Made by a program: the position numbers and the translations under genes. This document shows, piece by piece, positions 49,248-58,540 of a stretch of 64,000 nucleotides of DNA. Below the pieces are notes generated by a model that was given only the letters and a program-made list of their open reading frames with translations, was not told where the DNA came from and made no database searches. Numbering within the stretch: position 1 is the stretch's first letter; every line of letters begins with the position of its first letter. The stretch comes from Rhodococcus sp. (in: high G+C Gram-positive bacteria) (GTDB lineage: Bacteria > Actinomycetota > Actinomycetes > Mycobacteriales > Mycobacteriaceae), in contig JBCEBZ010000111.1 in the NCBI GenBank assembly GCA_039206675.1, forward strand, positions 756 to 64,755, in the 5' to 3' direction.

Positions 49248-50780
49248 ATGCCCCAGCAGGCGGAGACGACCGAACCGACGGCAGGCGCGCAGCCCGCGGC
49301 CCCGACGGAGCCGGCGCCGAAGACGTTCGCGTCCCTGGACCCGCGCGACGGCACCGTGCTGGCCGAGTACCCGGTCCAGGGGGAGCGGGAGGTGCGCGCC
49401 GCCGTCGACGCGGCCCGGTCGGCCGCGCAGTGGTGGAACGCTCTCGGCTTCGACGGCCGCAAGCAGTGGCTCCTCGACTGGAAGAAGTCGGTGGCCCGGG
49501 ACGGCGAGCAGCTCGCCGCCCTCGTCGCCGCCGAGACCGGCAAGCCGTACGACGACGCGCTCCTCGAGGTGATGCTCGCCATCGAGCATCTCGACTGGGC
49601 CGCGAAGAACGCGGGCAAGGTCCTGAAGCGGCGCAAGGTGCCCTCCGGTCTGGTCAGTGCGAACCAGGCCGGCAGCGTCGGGTACGAGCCGATGGGTGTG
49701 GTCGGTGTGATCGGGCCGTGGAACTATCCCGTCTACACGCCGATGGGCTCCATCTCCTATGCGCTCGCCGCGGGCAACACCGTCGTCTTCAAGCCCAGCG
49801 AACTGACCCCCGGGGTCGCGGTGTGGCTCGCCGAGAAGTGGACGGCGCTCATTCCCAATCAGCCTGTCCTGCAGGTGGTCACCGGCGACGGATCGACGGG
49901 TTCCGCGCTCGTGTCCGCCGGTGTCGACAAGATCGCCTTCACCGGGTCCGCCGCCACCGGCAAGCGTGTCATGGCCGCCTGCGCCGACACACTCACGCCG
50001 CTGGTCGTCGAGGCGGGAGGCAAGGACGCCATGCTCGTCGACGCCGACGCGAATCTGGACGAGGCGGCCGGTTTCGCCGTGTTCGGGGCGATGGGCAACG
50101 CCGGACAGACGTGCGCGGGCGTCGAGCGCATCTACGTCGTCGACTCCGTCTACGACGAGTTCGTCCGACTGGTCGCGGAGAAGTCGAAGGTCCTGCGCCC
50201 GGGACCGCGGGACGCGGCGTACGGCCCCATGACGATGGCCGGCCAGTCCGACGTGGTCCGCAGGCACGTCCAGGACGCGCTCGACAAGGGCGGATCCGCG
50301 GTGGTCGGCGGACTCGAGTCCATCGCGGACGGGTACGTCGGGCCGATCGTGCTGACCGGCGTTCCCGAGGACAGCACCGCGATCCGCGAGGAAACGTTCG
50401 GCCCCACCGTGGTCGTCAACAAGGTCGCGAGCCTCGACGAGGCGGTCGCGAAGGCCAACGGCACCACGTTCGGTCTCGGCGCGTCCATCTTCACCAAGGA
50501 CGCGACCAGGGCGATGCAGGCTGCCGAGAAGCTGAGGGCCGGCGTCGTGACGATCGGCTCGGTGCTCGGATTCGCCGGTGTCGCGGCGTTGCCGTTCGGC
50601 GGTGTCGGAGACTCGGGCTTCGGCCGCATTCACGGAGCGGACGGGCTGCGGGAATTCAGCCGGGTCAAGTCCATCACCCGCCAGAAGTTCGCGGCGCCAC
50701 TGAATCTGCTGACCATGCAGCGCAAGTCGCGGGACATGAAGATTTCCGCCTGGATGTTGAAGAACCGGCACGGACGCTGA
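49248..50780 (+). CDS. NAD(P)-dependent aldehyde dehydrogenase
   Basis: 510 aa. ALDH signatures are FKPSELTP, the catalytic-Cys region GNAGQTCAGVERIYV, and EETFGP. GGGAGG RBS before the ATG. Confidence 0.9.
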   Translation: MPQQAETTEPTAGAQPAAPTEPAPKTFASLDPRDGTVLAEYPVQGEREVRAAVDAARSAAQWWNALGFDGRKQWLLDWKKSVARDGEQLAALVAAETGKPYDDALLEVMLAIEHLDWAAKNAGKVLKRRKVPSGLVSANQAGSVGYEPMGVVGVIGPWNYPVYTPMGSISYALAAGNTVVFKPSELTPGVAVWLAEKWTALIPNQPVLQVVTGDGSTGSALVSAGVDKIAFTGSAATGKRVMAACADTLTPLVVEAGGKDAMLVDADANLDEAAGFAVFGAMGNAGQTCAGVERIYVVDSVYDEFVRLVAEKSKVLRPGPRDAAYGPMTMAGQSDVVRRHVQDALDKGGSAVVGGLESIADGYVGPIVLTGVPEDSTAIREETFGPTVVVNKVASLDEAVAKANGTTFGLGASIFTKDATRAMQAAEKLRAGVVTIGSVLGFAGVAALPFGGVGDSGFGRIHGADGLREFSRVKSITRQKFAAPLNLLTMQRKSRDMKISAWMLKNRHGR

Positions 50781-50797
50781 TCACGGGAGGGCATTAC

Positions 50798-51730
50798 ATG
50801 CTGACGAAGACCACGCGCACCGGCACCGCTGCGCCGGGTGGGGTTCCGCGGGGCAGGCACGGCTGGCGGCGCCGGATCGAGGAACTCGACCCGGTCCGGG
50901 ACCACCAGGAAATCCACCGCATCACGGCAGGCTACGAATTTCCGTGGGACTACCAGCGGTCGCTCGAGTTCGCGTTGTTCCGAACGTATTGCGTCCCCAC
51001 GATTTCGGAACTGCTGCAGCGCACCGGTGAGTTCGAGCGGCGGCCGCAGAAGCGATACGACGACACCGCGCTGCTGATGGCCGAACTCGTCGAACACGGC
51101 TACGACTCCGAACGCGGCATCGAGTCGCTGCGCGTCGTGAACCGCATGCACGGCAAGTACGACATCGACAACGACGACATGCTGTACGTGCTGACCACCT
51201 TCATCTACGAGCCGATCGACTGGATCGACCGCTTCGGGTGGCGGCGGCTCACCCCGAACGAGCGGCTCGCGTGCTTCCATTTCTACCGTCAGGTGGGGGT
51301 TCGCATGGGGATTCGGAACATCCCCGAGACGTTCGAGGACTTCTACCGGTCCAAGACCGAGTACGAGCGGACACACTTCCGGTACACCGACGACAACCAT
51401 CGGGTCGGCACCTACACGCTGACGCTGTTCTGTTCCTGGTTTCCGGCGCCACTCCGGCCTCTCGTCGCGCACGGGGTCTACGCCCTACTCGACCCGATGA
51501 TGCTGGCGGCGTTCGGATTCCCCGCGGCCCCGCCCTGGTTGCAGAACGCGTCCCGCCGTGCGCTGCGGGTCCGGGCGCGGTTCGTGCGCGTCCTGCCGCC
51601 GCGCCGCGAGTCGAAGGCCGCTCGGGATCCGCGCAACCGCACCTACCCCGGATACCCGGTGGGCTACCGCCCACGGGACCTGGGAGCGGACAACGACCGT
51701 CAGCGCAGGGGTCGTCGCCACGCAGCCTGA
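50798..51730 (+). CDS. MpaB-family oxygenase (DUF2236-type)
   Basis: 310 aa from the ATG at 50798 (GGGAGGG RBS), 18 nt after the ALDH stop. Recognised from the pattern YEFPWDYQRSLEFALFRTYCVPTISELLQRTGEF...RYDDTALLM...VNRMH. This family assignment is from memory. Confidence 0.55.
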   Translation: MLTKTTRTGTAAPGGVPRGRHGWRRRIEELDPVRDHQEIHRITAGYEFPWDYQRSLEFALFRTYCVPTISELLQRTGEFERRPQKRYDDTALLMAELVEHGYDSERGIESLRVVNRMHGKYDIDNDDMLYVLTTFIYEPIDWIDRFGWRRLTPNERLACFHFYRQVGVRMGIRNIPETFEDFYRSKTEYERTHFRYTDDNHRVGTYTLTLFCSWFPAPLRPLVAHGVYALLDPMMLAAFGFPAAPPWLQNASRRALRVRARFVRVLPPRRESKAARDPRNRTYPGYPVGYRPRDLGADNDRQRRGRRHAA

Positions 51731-51738
51731 TGTTTCCG

Positions 51739-51765
51739 TGCCCCCGGGCGGACCGTCCGGGGGCA
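51739..51765. terminator. GC-rich hairpin between the convergent MpaB-family and TetR genes
   Basis: TGCCCCCGG (51739-51747) pairs with CCGGGGGCA (51757-51765). The 9-bp perfect stem can extend inward by 2-3 pairs. It lies between stops at 51728-51730 and 51775-51777. Confidence 0.5.
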
Positions 51766-51774
51766 GGCACGGGC

Positions 51775-53052
51775 TCAGTGCCCCAGGAGCACGGCCGTCA
51801 TCAGGGTGTGGAGGCGGGCGCGCGACTCCTCGCGGGTGTCGAAGTGGACCAGTCGGCCGATGTCGAGCACCAGTCCCAGTGCCGCGTGCACCAGGAACCG
51901 TGCCTCCGGCGCCGAGAGCTCGGTCCGCACGGCGGTCACCAGGTGGACCCATTCCTCGACGTGCAGGCGCTGCACGTTACGGAGATTCGTCCGCTCGTTC
52001 TTCGGGAGGTTCCCGATCTCCGCGAAGTAGACCGACAGCACTTCCGGGTTCCCGAACGACAGTTCCAGGTACGACTCGGCGAGCTTGCGGAGGGCGTCCT
52101 CGGGGTCGGTGGCGGTGGACAGCGCCGCCGACGTGGCCACGGCCAGACGGTCGGACGCGCGGTAGAACACCGCCGCCAGAAGGTCTGCCTTGCTGGGGAA
52201 GTGGCGGTACACGCTCGACGCGTTGATGCCGGCGGCGGCGCCGATCTCCTCGATGCTCGAATCGTGGTAGCCGTGCCGGTCGAAGATCTTGACGGCCTCG
52301 TTGATCAGCAATTCGCGCTTGGACGTCACGGCCAGTCCCCGCACCGGGCCGGCGCCGCCCCTGCCCGCGTTCGGGACGGCGGGCGGAAGTGTCGCGTTCA
52401 GGACCGACCCGCACGCCGACTTCAGGAGTGTGTCGAGTCTGCGGGTGGCGAGGGTGGTCCGGTGTGCGCTGATGCTGCCCAGCACGCTCAGTGTCGACGC
52501 CCCCAGCGTCGTCGCGTCGACGGCGGTGAGTTCGGGGCGAATCTCGCGCAGCGGCGCGGCCACGCACTGGGTGACGTGGACGAAGACGGCACGAATCCGC
52601 TTGCGGTCCTCGGCCTCGAGGTACCGGCCCTCCCAGCGGTAGAGCCCGGCGACCTTGCGGTTCTCGATGCTGTTGGCGACGAGCGCGGCGATCAGGTGTT
52701 CGAGGCGGTCGCCGGGGTCGAGTTCGGCGACCCCGCCGAGTGCGCCGTCCGCGGTTGCCTGGAGCGCGTCGGCCGTCGTCGTCGCCGCGTGGACGAGCAG
52801 GGCGTACTTGTTGGGATAGTGCCGGTACAGGGCGGGGCCGGAAATGCCGATGGTGGCGGCGATTTCGTCGACACCGACCGCGTGGTAGCCGCGCTCGCTG
52901 AAGGCTTCGGCTGCGACGTTCGCGATCTGGGCCTTGCGATTCTTGGGGCGGCGGCGGATCGGCCGGTCGGTGGCGGCACCGGCCGCCGTGCTGGTCCGGG
53001 CCACGGTCACCTCCAGTAGTGGCAGTCGCCTGCCGGCTTCTTTGTCAGTCAT
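51775..53052 (-). CDS. Tandem (duplicated) TetR-family regulator, Mce3R-like
   Basis: About 425 aa from the ATG at 53052. It has two complete TetR HTH units in one chain (IANVAAEAFSERGYHAVGVDEIAATIGISGPALYRHYPNKYAL and LINEAVKIFDRHGYHDSSIEEIGAAAGINASSVYRHFPSKADL). It is divergent from an echA-fadD-yrbE-mce operon, as Mce3R is in M. tuberculosis. The exact start is uncertain. Confidence 0.8.
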   Translation of the reverse strand: MTDKEAGRRLPLLEVTVARTSTAAGAATDRPIRRRPKNRKAQIANVAAEAFSERGYHAVGVDEIAATIGISGPALYRHYPNKYALLVHAATTTADALQATADGALGGVAELDPGDRLEHLIAALVANSIENRKVAGLYRWEGRYLEAEDRKRIRAVFVHVTQCVAAPLREIRPELTAVDATTLGASTLSVLGSISAHRTTLATRRLDTLLKSACGSVLNATLPPAVPNAGRGGAGPVRGLAVTSKRELLINEAVKIFDRHGYHDSSIEEIGAAAGINASSVYRHFPSKADLLAAVFYRASDRLAVATSAALSTATDPEDALRKLAESYLELSFGNPEVLSVYFAEIGNLPKNERTNLRNVQRLHVEEWVHLVTAVRTELSAPEARFLVHAALGLVLDIGRLVHFDTREESRARLHTLMTAVLLGH

Positions 53053-53166
53053 CTTAACCGAGACTCCCGCGCCGAAGACCCTCGGATGGTCCTCGTGCGC
53101 CGGAGTGTTCCCCCGGCGTCTCGATGAACTGCCAGCAAGACAGTGCGAAATGTGTTCCGGGAGGTA

Positions 53167-53196
53167 TTGACACGCATGGAACGTGGCCAATAAGTT
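53167..53196 (+). promoter_or_regulatory. SigA-like promoter candidate TTGACA-N18-TAAGTT for the echA-fadD-mce operon, with -10 overlapped by a GTTAAC motif
   Basis: TTGACA at 53167-53172 and TAAGTT at 53191-53196. GTTAAC at 53194-53199 belongs to the repeated motif described in the findings. Confidence 0.4.
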
Positions 53197-53287
53197 AACA
53201 GAAATTCGCGTTCGGCTGATGGTGTCTTCCATCGCCTCGACCCATCCCCGGCCTCGCCGGTCGATTCCCTCGGAGGTAGCTGGCTTC

Positions 53288-54106
53288 ATGAGTTCACCAC
53301 GGCAACCGTCGACCACCCCCACCGTCGCAGCAGACGGTCTGCGAGTGGTGGTGGACGGCGGGATCCTCCGGATCACGATCGACCGGCAAGACCGGATGAA
53401 TGCGCTCGATCTGGCTCACATGACCGCACTCGGCGACGTGCTCACCGGCGCCGCGGCGGATCCTGCCGTCCGCGTCGTCGTCCTCTCGGGTGCGGGCGCG
53501 GCATTCTGCACCGGCGCGGATCTCGCCGCGGCGGCCGCCGCGGGCGGCCGGGCGGCGCCGCCGGCGGTGGTGATGGATTCGGCCAACCGCGTGATCCGCG
53601 CGATCGTCGACCTCCCGATCCCGGTGATCGCGCAGGTGCGCGGCGCGGCTGTCGGTGTCGGGGCCTCCATCGCCCTGGCGGCGGACCTGACGTACGCCGC
53701 CGAGGACGCATATCTGCTCCTCGCGTTCGTCAACGTCGGTCTCATGCCCGACGGCGGGTCCAGTGCGTTGATCGCCGCCTCGATCGGCAGGGCGCGGGCC
53801 ACTCGGATGGCGCTGCTCGGCGAACGGCTGCCCGCCGATCGCGCGGCGGGGGAGGGCCTGATCGCCGGTGTGCTCGCGGCCGGCGACCTCGCGGCCCACG
53901 TCGATGCCGTCGCGGCGAGGCTGGCGCGTGGCCCGAGGCGGGCCGTCGCACTGACCAAACAGGCGCTCACGGAGTCCACGCTGACGGAGTTGGACCGGGC
54001 GCTGGGTCGTGAGAAGGCCGGCCAGGCCGAATTGCTCCGGTCTCCGGACTTCGCCGAAGGGGTCACGGCCATGCTCACGAAACGTGCTCCGAACTTCCGG
54101 AGCTGA
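53288..54106 (+). CDS. Enoyl-CoA hydratase/isomerase (crotonase) family protein
   Basis: 272 aa from the ATG at 53288 (GGAGG at 53272-53276). Crotonase hallmarks: ITIDRQDRMNAL, VVVLSGAGAAFCTGADL, FVNVGLMPDGG. The ORF-track start at 53183 adds an unlikely leader. Confidence 0.85.
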   Translation: MSSPRQPSTTPTVAADGLRVVVDGGILRITIDRQDRMNALDLAHMTALGDVLTGAAADPAVRVVVLSGAGAAFCTGADLAAAAAAGGRAAPPAVVMDSANRVIRAIVDLPIPVIAQVRGAAVGVGASIALAADLTYAAEDAYLLLAFVNVGLMPDGGSSALIAASIGRARATRMALLGERLPADRAAGEGLIAGVLAAGDLAAHVDAVAARLARGPRRAVALTKQALTESTLTELDRALGREKAGQAELLRSPDFAEGVTAMLTKRAPNFRS

Positions 54107-54219
54107 TGCGAATTGCGGTTAACAAGACTGTTCCGATCGACGTCGACATCTGTAATACTCGTCACAGCCTCCGTGCGGGGCCCGAGGGGCGAACGCGAGT
54201 ACAGCGAAGGGACCACCAC

Positions 54220-55812
54220 ATGTCATCACGTAGCGAGCCGCTCACGCAGCCACTGCAATCCCGCCGAAACCACTGGAACAACTGGGTTGCCACCCACGCG
54301 CAGGCGAAGCCCGACCACCCCGCGTTCCGCCATCTCGGGCAGAGCACGTCGTGGCGCGAACTGCACGAGCGCTCGCAGGCCCTCGCGGCGGCGCTGTCGC
54401 GGCGCGGGGTGAACTTCGGCGACCGCGTCCTGCTGCTCACACTCAACCGCACCGAATTCTTCGAGGCGGTGCTCGCGATCAATGCGCTGGGTGCGATCGC
54501 GGTCCCGGTCAACTTCCGGCTGACACCGCCCGAGGTCGCCTTCATCGCCCGGGACTCGGGCGCACGAGCCGTCTTCACCGAGCCCGCGCTCGCGCCCCTC
54601 GTTTCCGCTGTGCGGCAGGATGTTCCCGATCTCGGCCTCGCGATCGTCATGGGCGCGCAGACCGAGGGCGACGTTCTCGGCTACGAGGACCTCGTCGCGG
54701 AAGACGGTCCCGCCTTCGCCCCCGTCGACCTGCCGGAGGACACGCCGTCGCTCATCCTCTACACCTCCGGCACGACCGGCACACCCAAGGGTGCGGTGCT
54801 GTCGCACTCGAACATGGTCGGGCAGTCCATCACCTGCATCCGGGCGATGCGCTACGACAGGGGCGACGACGTCGGGTTCCTCGCGTCCCCGGTGTTCCAC
54901 GTCGCCGCGCTCGGTTCGGTGGCCCCCATGCTGATGCTCGGTGCCACGACAGTGATCCACCCCCTCAAGGCGTTCGACCCCACCGAGATGCTCGACGTGT
55001 GGGAGCGCGAGCGCATCACCACGGTGTTCCTCGTTCCGGTGCAGTGGCAGGCCGTCTGCGCCGATCCCACCGCCGCGGGCCGCGACCTGGCCCTCCGCGT
55101 CATCAGCTGGGGCGCCGCGCCCGCATCGGACACCGTGCTGCGCGCCATGGCGGACACCTTCCCGAAGGCGCTCGTCGTGGCGGTGTTCGGGCAGACCGAG
55201 ATGTCCCCGATCACGTGCGTGCTCGACGGCGACGACGCGATCCGCAAGCTGGGCTCGGTGGGTAAGCCCGTCCCGACCATTCAGACGCGGATCGTCGACG
55301 ACGAGATGAACGACGTCGCCCCCGGCACCGTCGGCGAGATCGTGTACCGCGGCCCGACCATGATGCAGGGTTACTGGCAGAACCCGGCCGCAACGGCGGA
55401 CGCGTTCGCCGGCGGGTGGTTCCACTCGGGGGACCTGGTGCGGCGGGACGAGGAGGGCTTCGTCTACGTGGTGGATCGCAAGAAGGACATGATCATCTCC
55501 GGCGGCGAGAACATCTACTGCGCCGAGGTGGAGAACGTCCTGTTCGGACATCCGAGGATCCGGGAGGCCGCCGTGGTCGGCAGGCCCCACCCCAAGTGGA
55601 CCGAGGTGCCCGTCGCGATCGTGGCTCTCGACGACGACGGCGACGATCTGACGGTCGACGAACTCGCCACGTGGCTCGAAGACAAATTGGCCCGGTACAA
55701 GCATCCGAAAGACGTCGTCGTCGTCGACGCCCTCCCGCGGAACGCCAGCGGCAAGGTCGTCAAGGGTGAGCTTCGAAAAGCCCACGGCGCGAACGACGTC
55801 GCGGTCGTCTGA
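54220..55812 (+). CDS. fadD: Acyl-CoA synthetase / long-chain fatty acid--CoA ligase (FadD-type)
   Basis: 530 aa from the ATG at 54220. AMP-binding core LYTSGTTGTPKGAVLSH, then YGQTE-like FGQTEMSP, GWFHSGDL and SGGENIY. It sits directly upstream of yrbEA, as fadD5 does in the Mtb mce1 locus. Confidence 0.85.
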   Translation: MSSRSEPLTQPLQSRRNHWNNWVATHAQAKPDHPAFRHLGQSTSWRELHERSQALAAALSRRGVNFGDRVLLLTLNRTEFFEAVLAINALGAIAVPVNFRLTPPEVAFIARDSGARAVFTEPALAPLVSAVRQDVPDLGLAIVMGAQTEGDVLGYEDLVAEDGPAFAPVDLPEDTPSLILYTSGTTGTPKGAVLSHSNMVGQSITCIRAMRYDRGDDVGFLASPVFHVAALGSVAPMLMLGATTVIHPLKAFDPTEMLDVWERERITTVFLVPVQWQAVCADPTAAGRDLALRVISWGAAPASDTVLRAMADTFPKALVVAVFGQTEMSPITCVLDGDDAIRKLGSVGKPVPTIQTRIVDDEMNDVAPGTVGEIVYRGPTMMQGYWQNPAATADAFAGGWFHSGDLVRRDEEGFVYVVDRKKDMIISGGENIYCAEVENVLFGHPRIREAAVVGRPHPKWTEVPVAIVALDDDGDDLTVDELATWLEDKLARYKHPKDVVVVDALPRNASGKVVKGELRKAHGANDVAVV

Positions 55813-55818
55813 CCCAGC

Positions 55819-56628
55819 GTGACATTCCAGCTGCCACCCGCCAAGGGGCCCGTCGGCCATTTCGCCAACGAAGTCGGTGCACTCATCGGGTTCTCGATCG
55901 CGACCACGGTGGCCGCCGTACGAGTTCTGGTGCGGCGCAAACTGGCCTGGCGGGAACTGCTGGACCAGGCCTGGCGGATCGCCTCGGTCACGTCGGCGCC
56001 GGCCCTGCTGCTGATGATCCCCATCGGGGTCCTCATCGCCGTCACGATCGGCAGCCTCGCCGGCCAGCTCGGCGCCGAGGGGTACACGGGTGCGGTCGTC
56101 GGGTTCGTGATCGTCGGGCAGGCGTCCGCGCTGGTCTGTGCGCTGATGCTGGCCGGGGTCGGCGGCTCCGCGATCTGCGCGGACCTCGGCTCGCGCACGA
56201 TCCGCGAAGAAGTCGAGGCCATGGAAGTCCTCGGACTCGATGTGATCGAGCGGCTCGTGGTTCCGCGAGTGCTCGCCGCGGTGCTCGTCGGCGTCGCACT
56301 GTGCGCAATGGTCACCGCCGTCGGAGTGTCGGCGTGCTTCCTCTTCCAGGTGGTCGTCCAGAACAGTTCGGCGGGAAGCTTTCTCGCGGCACTGTCCCAG
56401 TACACGCGGCTGTCGGACTTCGTGGTCGCCCTCGTCAAGTCGATGGCGTTCGCGGTGACGTCGGCGCTCGTCGCCAGTTTCAAGGGCCTGCACGCGAAGG
56501 GGGGACCCAGCGGTGTCGCCGACGCCGTCAACGAGGCCGTGGTGCTGGCCTTCATCCTCGTGTTCATCGTCAACACCGTGCTCAGTCAGCTCTATTCCGT
56601 TCTCGTCGTCCCGGTAGGTGGTTACTGA
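55819..56628 (+). CDS. yrbEA: Mce-system ABC permease YrbEA (MlaE family)
   Basis: 269 aa, polytopic and hydrophobic, with MlaE-type motifs (REEVEAMEVLGLD...). GTG start 7 nt after the fadD stop. Confidence 0.85.
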   Translation: MTFQLPPAKGPVGHFANEVGALIGFSIATTVAAVRVLVRRKLAWRELLDQAWRIASVTSAPALLLMIPIGVLIAVTIGSLAGQLGAEGYTGAVVGFVIVGQASALVCALMLAGVGGSAICADLGSRTIREEVEAMEVLGLDVIERLVVPRVLAAVLVGVALCAMVTAVGVSACFLFQVVVQNSSAGSFLAALSQYTRLSDFVVALVKSMAFAVTSALVASFKGLHAKGGPSGVADAVNEAVVLAFILVFIVNTVLSQLYSVLVVPVGGY

Positions 56629-57488
56629 TGGTCGTGAGCACCCGATGGCCCGCAGCGCACTGGGTGCGGGCCAGGGTCCGTCAGCCCCTCGGGCTGATGA
56701 CCGGGCTGGGCCGGGAATTCACGTTCTACGGCAGCGTGATCGCCGGAGTTCCCCTCGCGGTGGTGAAGTACTGGCGGCATGTCATGCGGCAGATCGGCGA
56801 CATCAGTTTCGGCGGCGCGACCCTGCTCGCCGGCGGCGGAGCGATCGGAGTCGTCTTCGCGATGTCCGCGGTCGCGGCGACGCAGGTGGGCATCGAGGGG
56901 TTGCGCGGACTGGACCTGCTCGGCATGGGGTCGCTGTCCGGGCTCCTGTCCGCGATCCTCAACACCCGCGAACTCGCACCCGTCATCGCCAGCATCGCGC
57001 TCGCCGCCAAGGTCGGGACGGGGTTCACCGCGCAGCTCGGCGCCATGCGCATCTCGGAGGAGATCAACGCGCTGGACGCGATGGCGATCCCGTCGCTGCC
57101 GTTCCTCGCGAGCACCAGGCTGGTCTCGTGCCTGATCTGTGTGGTGCCGCTGTACGTCGTGGGGCTGCTGTCGTCCTATCTGGCTTCGCGCCTGGTGATC
57201 GTCACGTTCAGTGGGCAGTCGGCCGGAACCTACGACTACTACTTCCATCTCATGCTCACGCCCACCGACGTCGTGTACTCGTTCGTGAAGGCGGTCGTGT
57301 TCGCGACGATCATCGCGCTGGTGCACTGCTCGTACGGCTACCACGCGTACGGCGGGCCCGAGGGCGTCGGCCGGGCGGCCGGGCGCGCACTGCGCACCAG
57401 CATTCTCGCCATCGGCATCGTCGACCTGCTGCTGACCCTCACCCTGTGGGGCCTCGTCCCGTCCGCTCCCGCTCTGGGGTTGCCGTGA
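56628..57488 (+). CDS. yrbEB: Mce-system ABC permease YrbEB (MlaE family)
   Basis: 286 aa from the ATG at 56628, which shares one nt with the yrbEA stop (TGATG). It has the MlaE signature ISEEINALDAMAI. Confidence 0.85.
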   Translation: MVVSTRWPAAHWVRARVRQPLGLMTGLGREFTFYGSVIAGVPLAVVKYWRHVMRQIGDISFGGATLLAGGGAIGVVFAMSAVAATQVGIEGLRGLDLLGMGSLSGLLSAILNTRELAPVIASIALAAKVGTGFTAQLGAMRISEEINALDAMAIPSLPFLASTRLVSCLICVVPLYVVGLLSSYLASRLVIVTFSGQSAGTYDYYFHLMLTPTDVVYSFVKAVVFATIIALVHCSYGYHAYGGPEGVGRAAGRALRTSILAIGIVDLLLTLTLWGLVPSAPALGLP

Positions 57489-58540
57489 TGCGCGGCCGCC
57501 CGGGAGGTCCGGGCAACGCGGCCCTCGCGGTGCGGGGAGTCGTCGGAGTGGCGGTCCTGGCTCTGGGATCGGCGCTTCTGGTCGGTTTCGGCACCGGTGC
57601 GATCGTCACCGACCCCGTGGTGACGGCGACGCTTCCGGCGAATGCCGGCGTGGTGAAGGCGCACACCACGGTGTCGTACAAGGGCGCGACCGTCGGCACC
57701 GTGTCGAGCGTCGACCCCGGACAGGACGAGACGGGCATGGACATCGGTCTCCGCGCCGAACAGATGCAGCACATCCCGGCGTCCGTCCAGGTTCGGGTGG
57801 TGCCCCGGACGTTGTTCGGCGACCAGACCGTCGAGCTGGTGTCCACCGCGGGAACCGGCGGTGCGCGGCTCGAAGCCGGTGCCCGGCTGCAACCCGACAC
57901 GTCGGCCGAGACCGTCCAGATGTACGACCTGTACTCGCGGGTCTACGACCTGGTGTCCCGGGTGAAACCCGAGCAGATGCAGGCCGCGCTCAGCGCCGTC
58001 GCGGACGCATTACGCGGGCGCGGCGAACAATTGGGCCGCACCATCGACAGCCTCCACACGGTGGCGCAGTCGACCGCGCCTCTCGTCGACTCCATCGCGG
58101 AGCGCGCGCCGCAGATCGCACGGATCAGCGAACAGCTCGCCACGGCCGCACCCGACGTCCTCGCGACCATGGACGCGGCGGTGTCTCTGTCGAACACCCT
58201 CGTCGAGAACACCGACAGCTTCACCGGTTTCCTCGCCGCCTCCCTGGTGGTGTCGAGGAACTCCGGCGACGTCCTGGAGCAGAACGCGGACAACATGATC
58301 GCGGTGGCACTCAATGTCTCGCCGACCCTGGGCACCATGGCCAGCGAGTCCGACCTGCTGCGGGCGACGCTGGACGAGGCGGGCCCGTTCGGTGAGGCCG
58401 GCGCCGCCGTCTTCTCCACCGGCAAGTTCGCGGTGCGGGTCGCAGCCGACCTGTCGAACCCGCGGCCCTACACCTCGTCCGACTGCCCGCGGTACCCGGG
58501 CCTGAACGGACCGAACTGCGGGGGCGGTGGCGGAGGATGA
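57488..58540 (+). CDS. mceA: Mce-family substrate-binding protein MceA
   Basis: 350 aa from the ATG at 57488 (TGATG overlap with yrbEB). N-terminal TM helix, then an MlaD/Mce domain (VSYKGATVGTVSSVD...RVVPRTLFGDQTVELV). Gly-rich C-terminus. Confidence 0.8.
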   Translation: MRGRPGGPGNAALAVRGVVGVAVLALGSALLVGFGTGAIVTDPVVTATLPANAGVVKAHTTVSYKGATVGTVSSVDPGQDETGMDIGLRAEQMQHIPASVQVRVVPRTLFGDQTVELVSTAGTGGARLEAGARLQPDTSAETVQMYDLYSRVYDLVSRVKPEQMQAALSAVADALRGRGEQLGRTIDSLHTVAQSTAPLVDSIAERAPQIARISEQLATAAPDVLATMDAAVSLSNTLVENTDSFTGFLAASLVVSRNSGDVLEQNADNMIAVALNVSPTLGTMASESDLLRATLDEAGPFGEAGAAVFSTGKFAVRVAADLSNPRPYTSSDCPRYPGLNGPNCGGGGGG

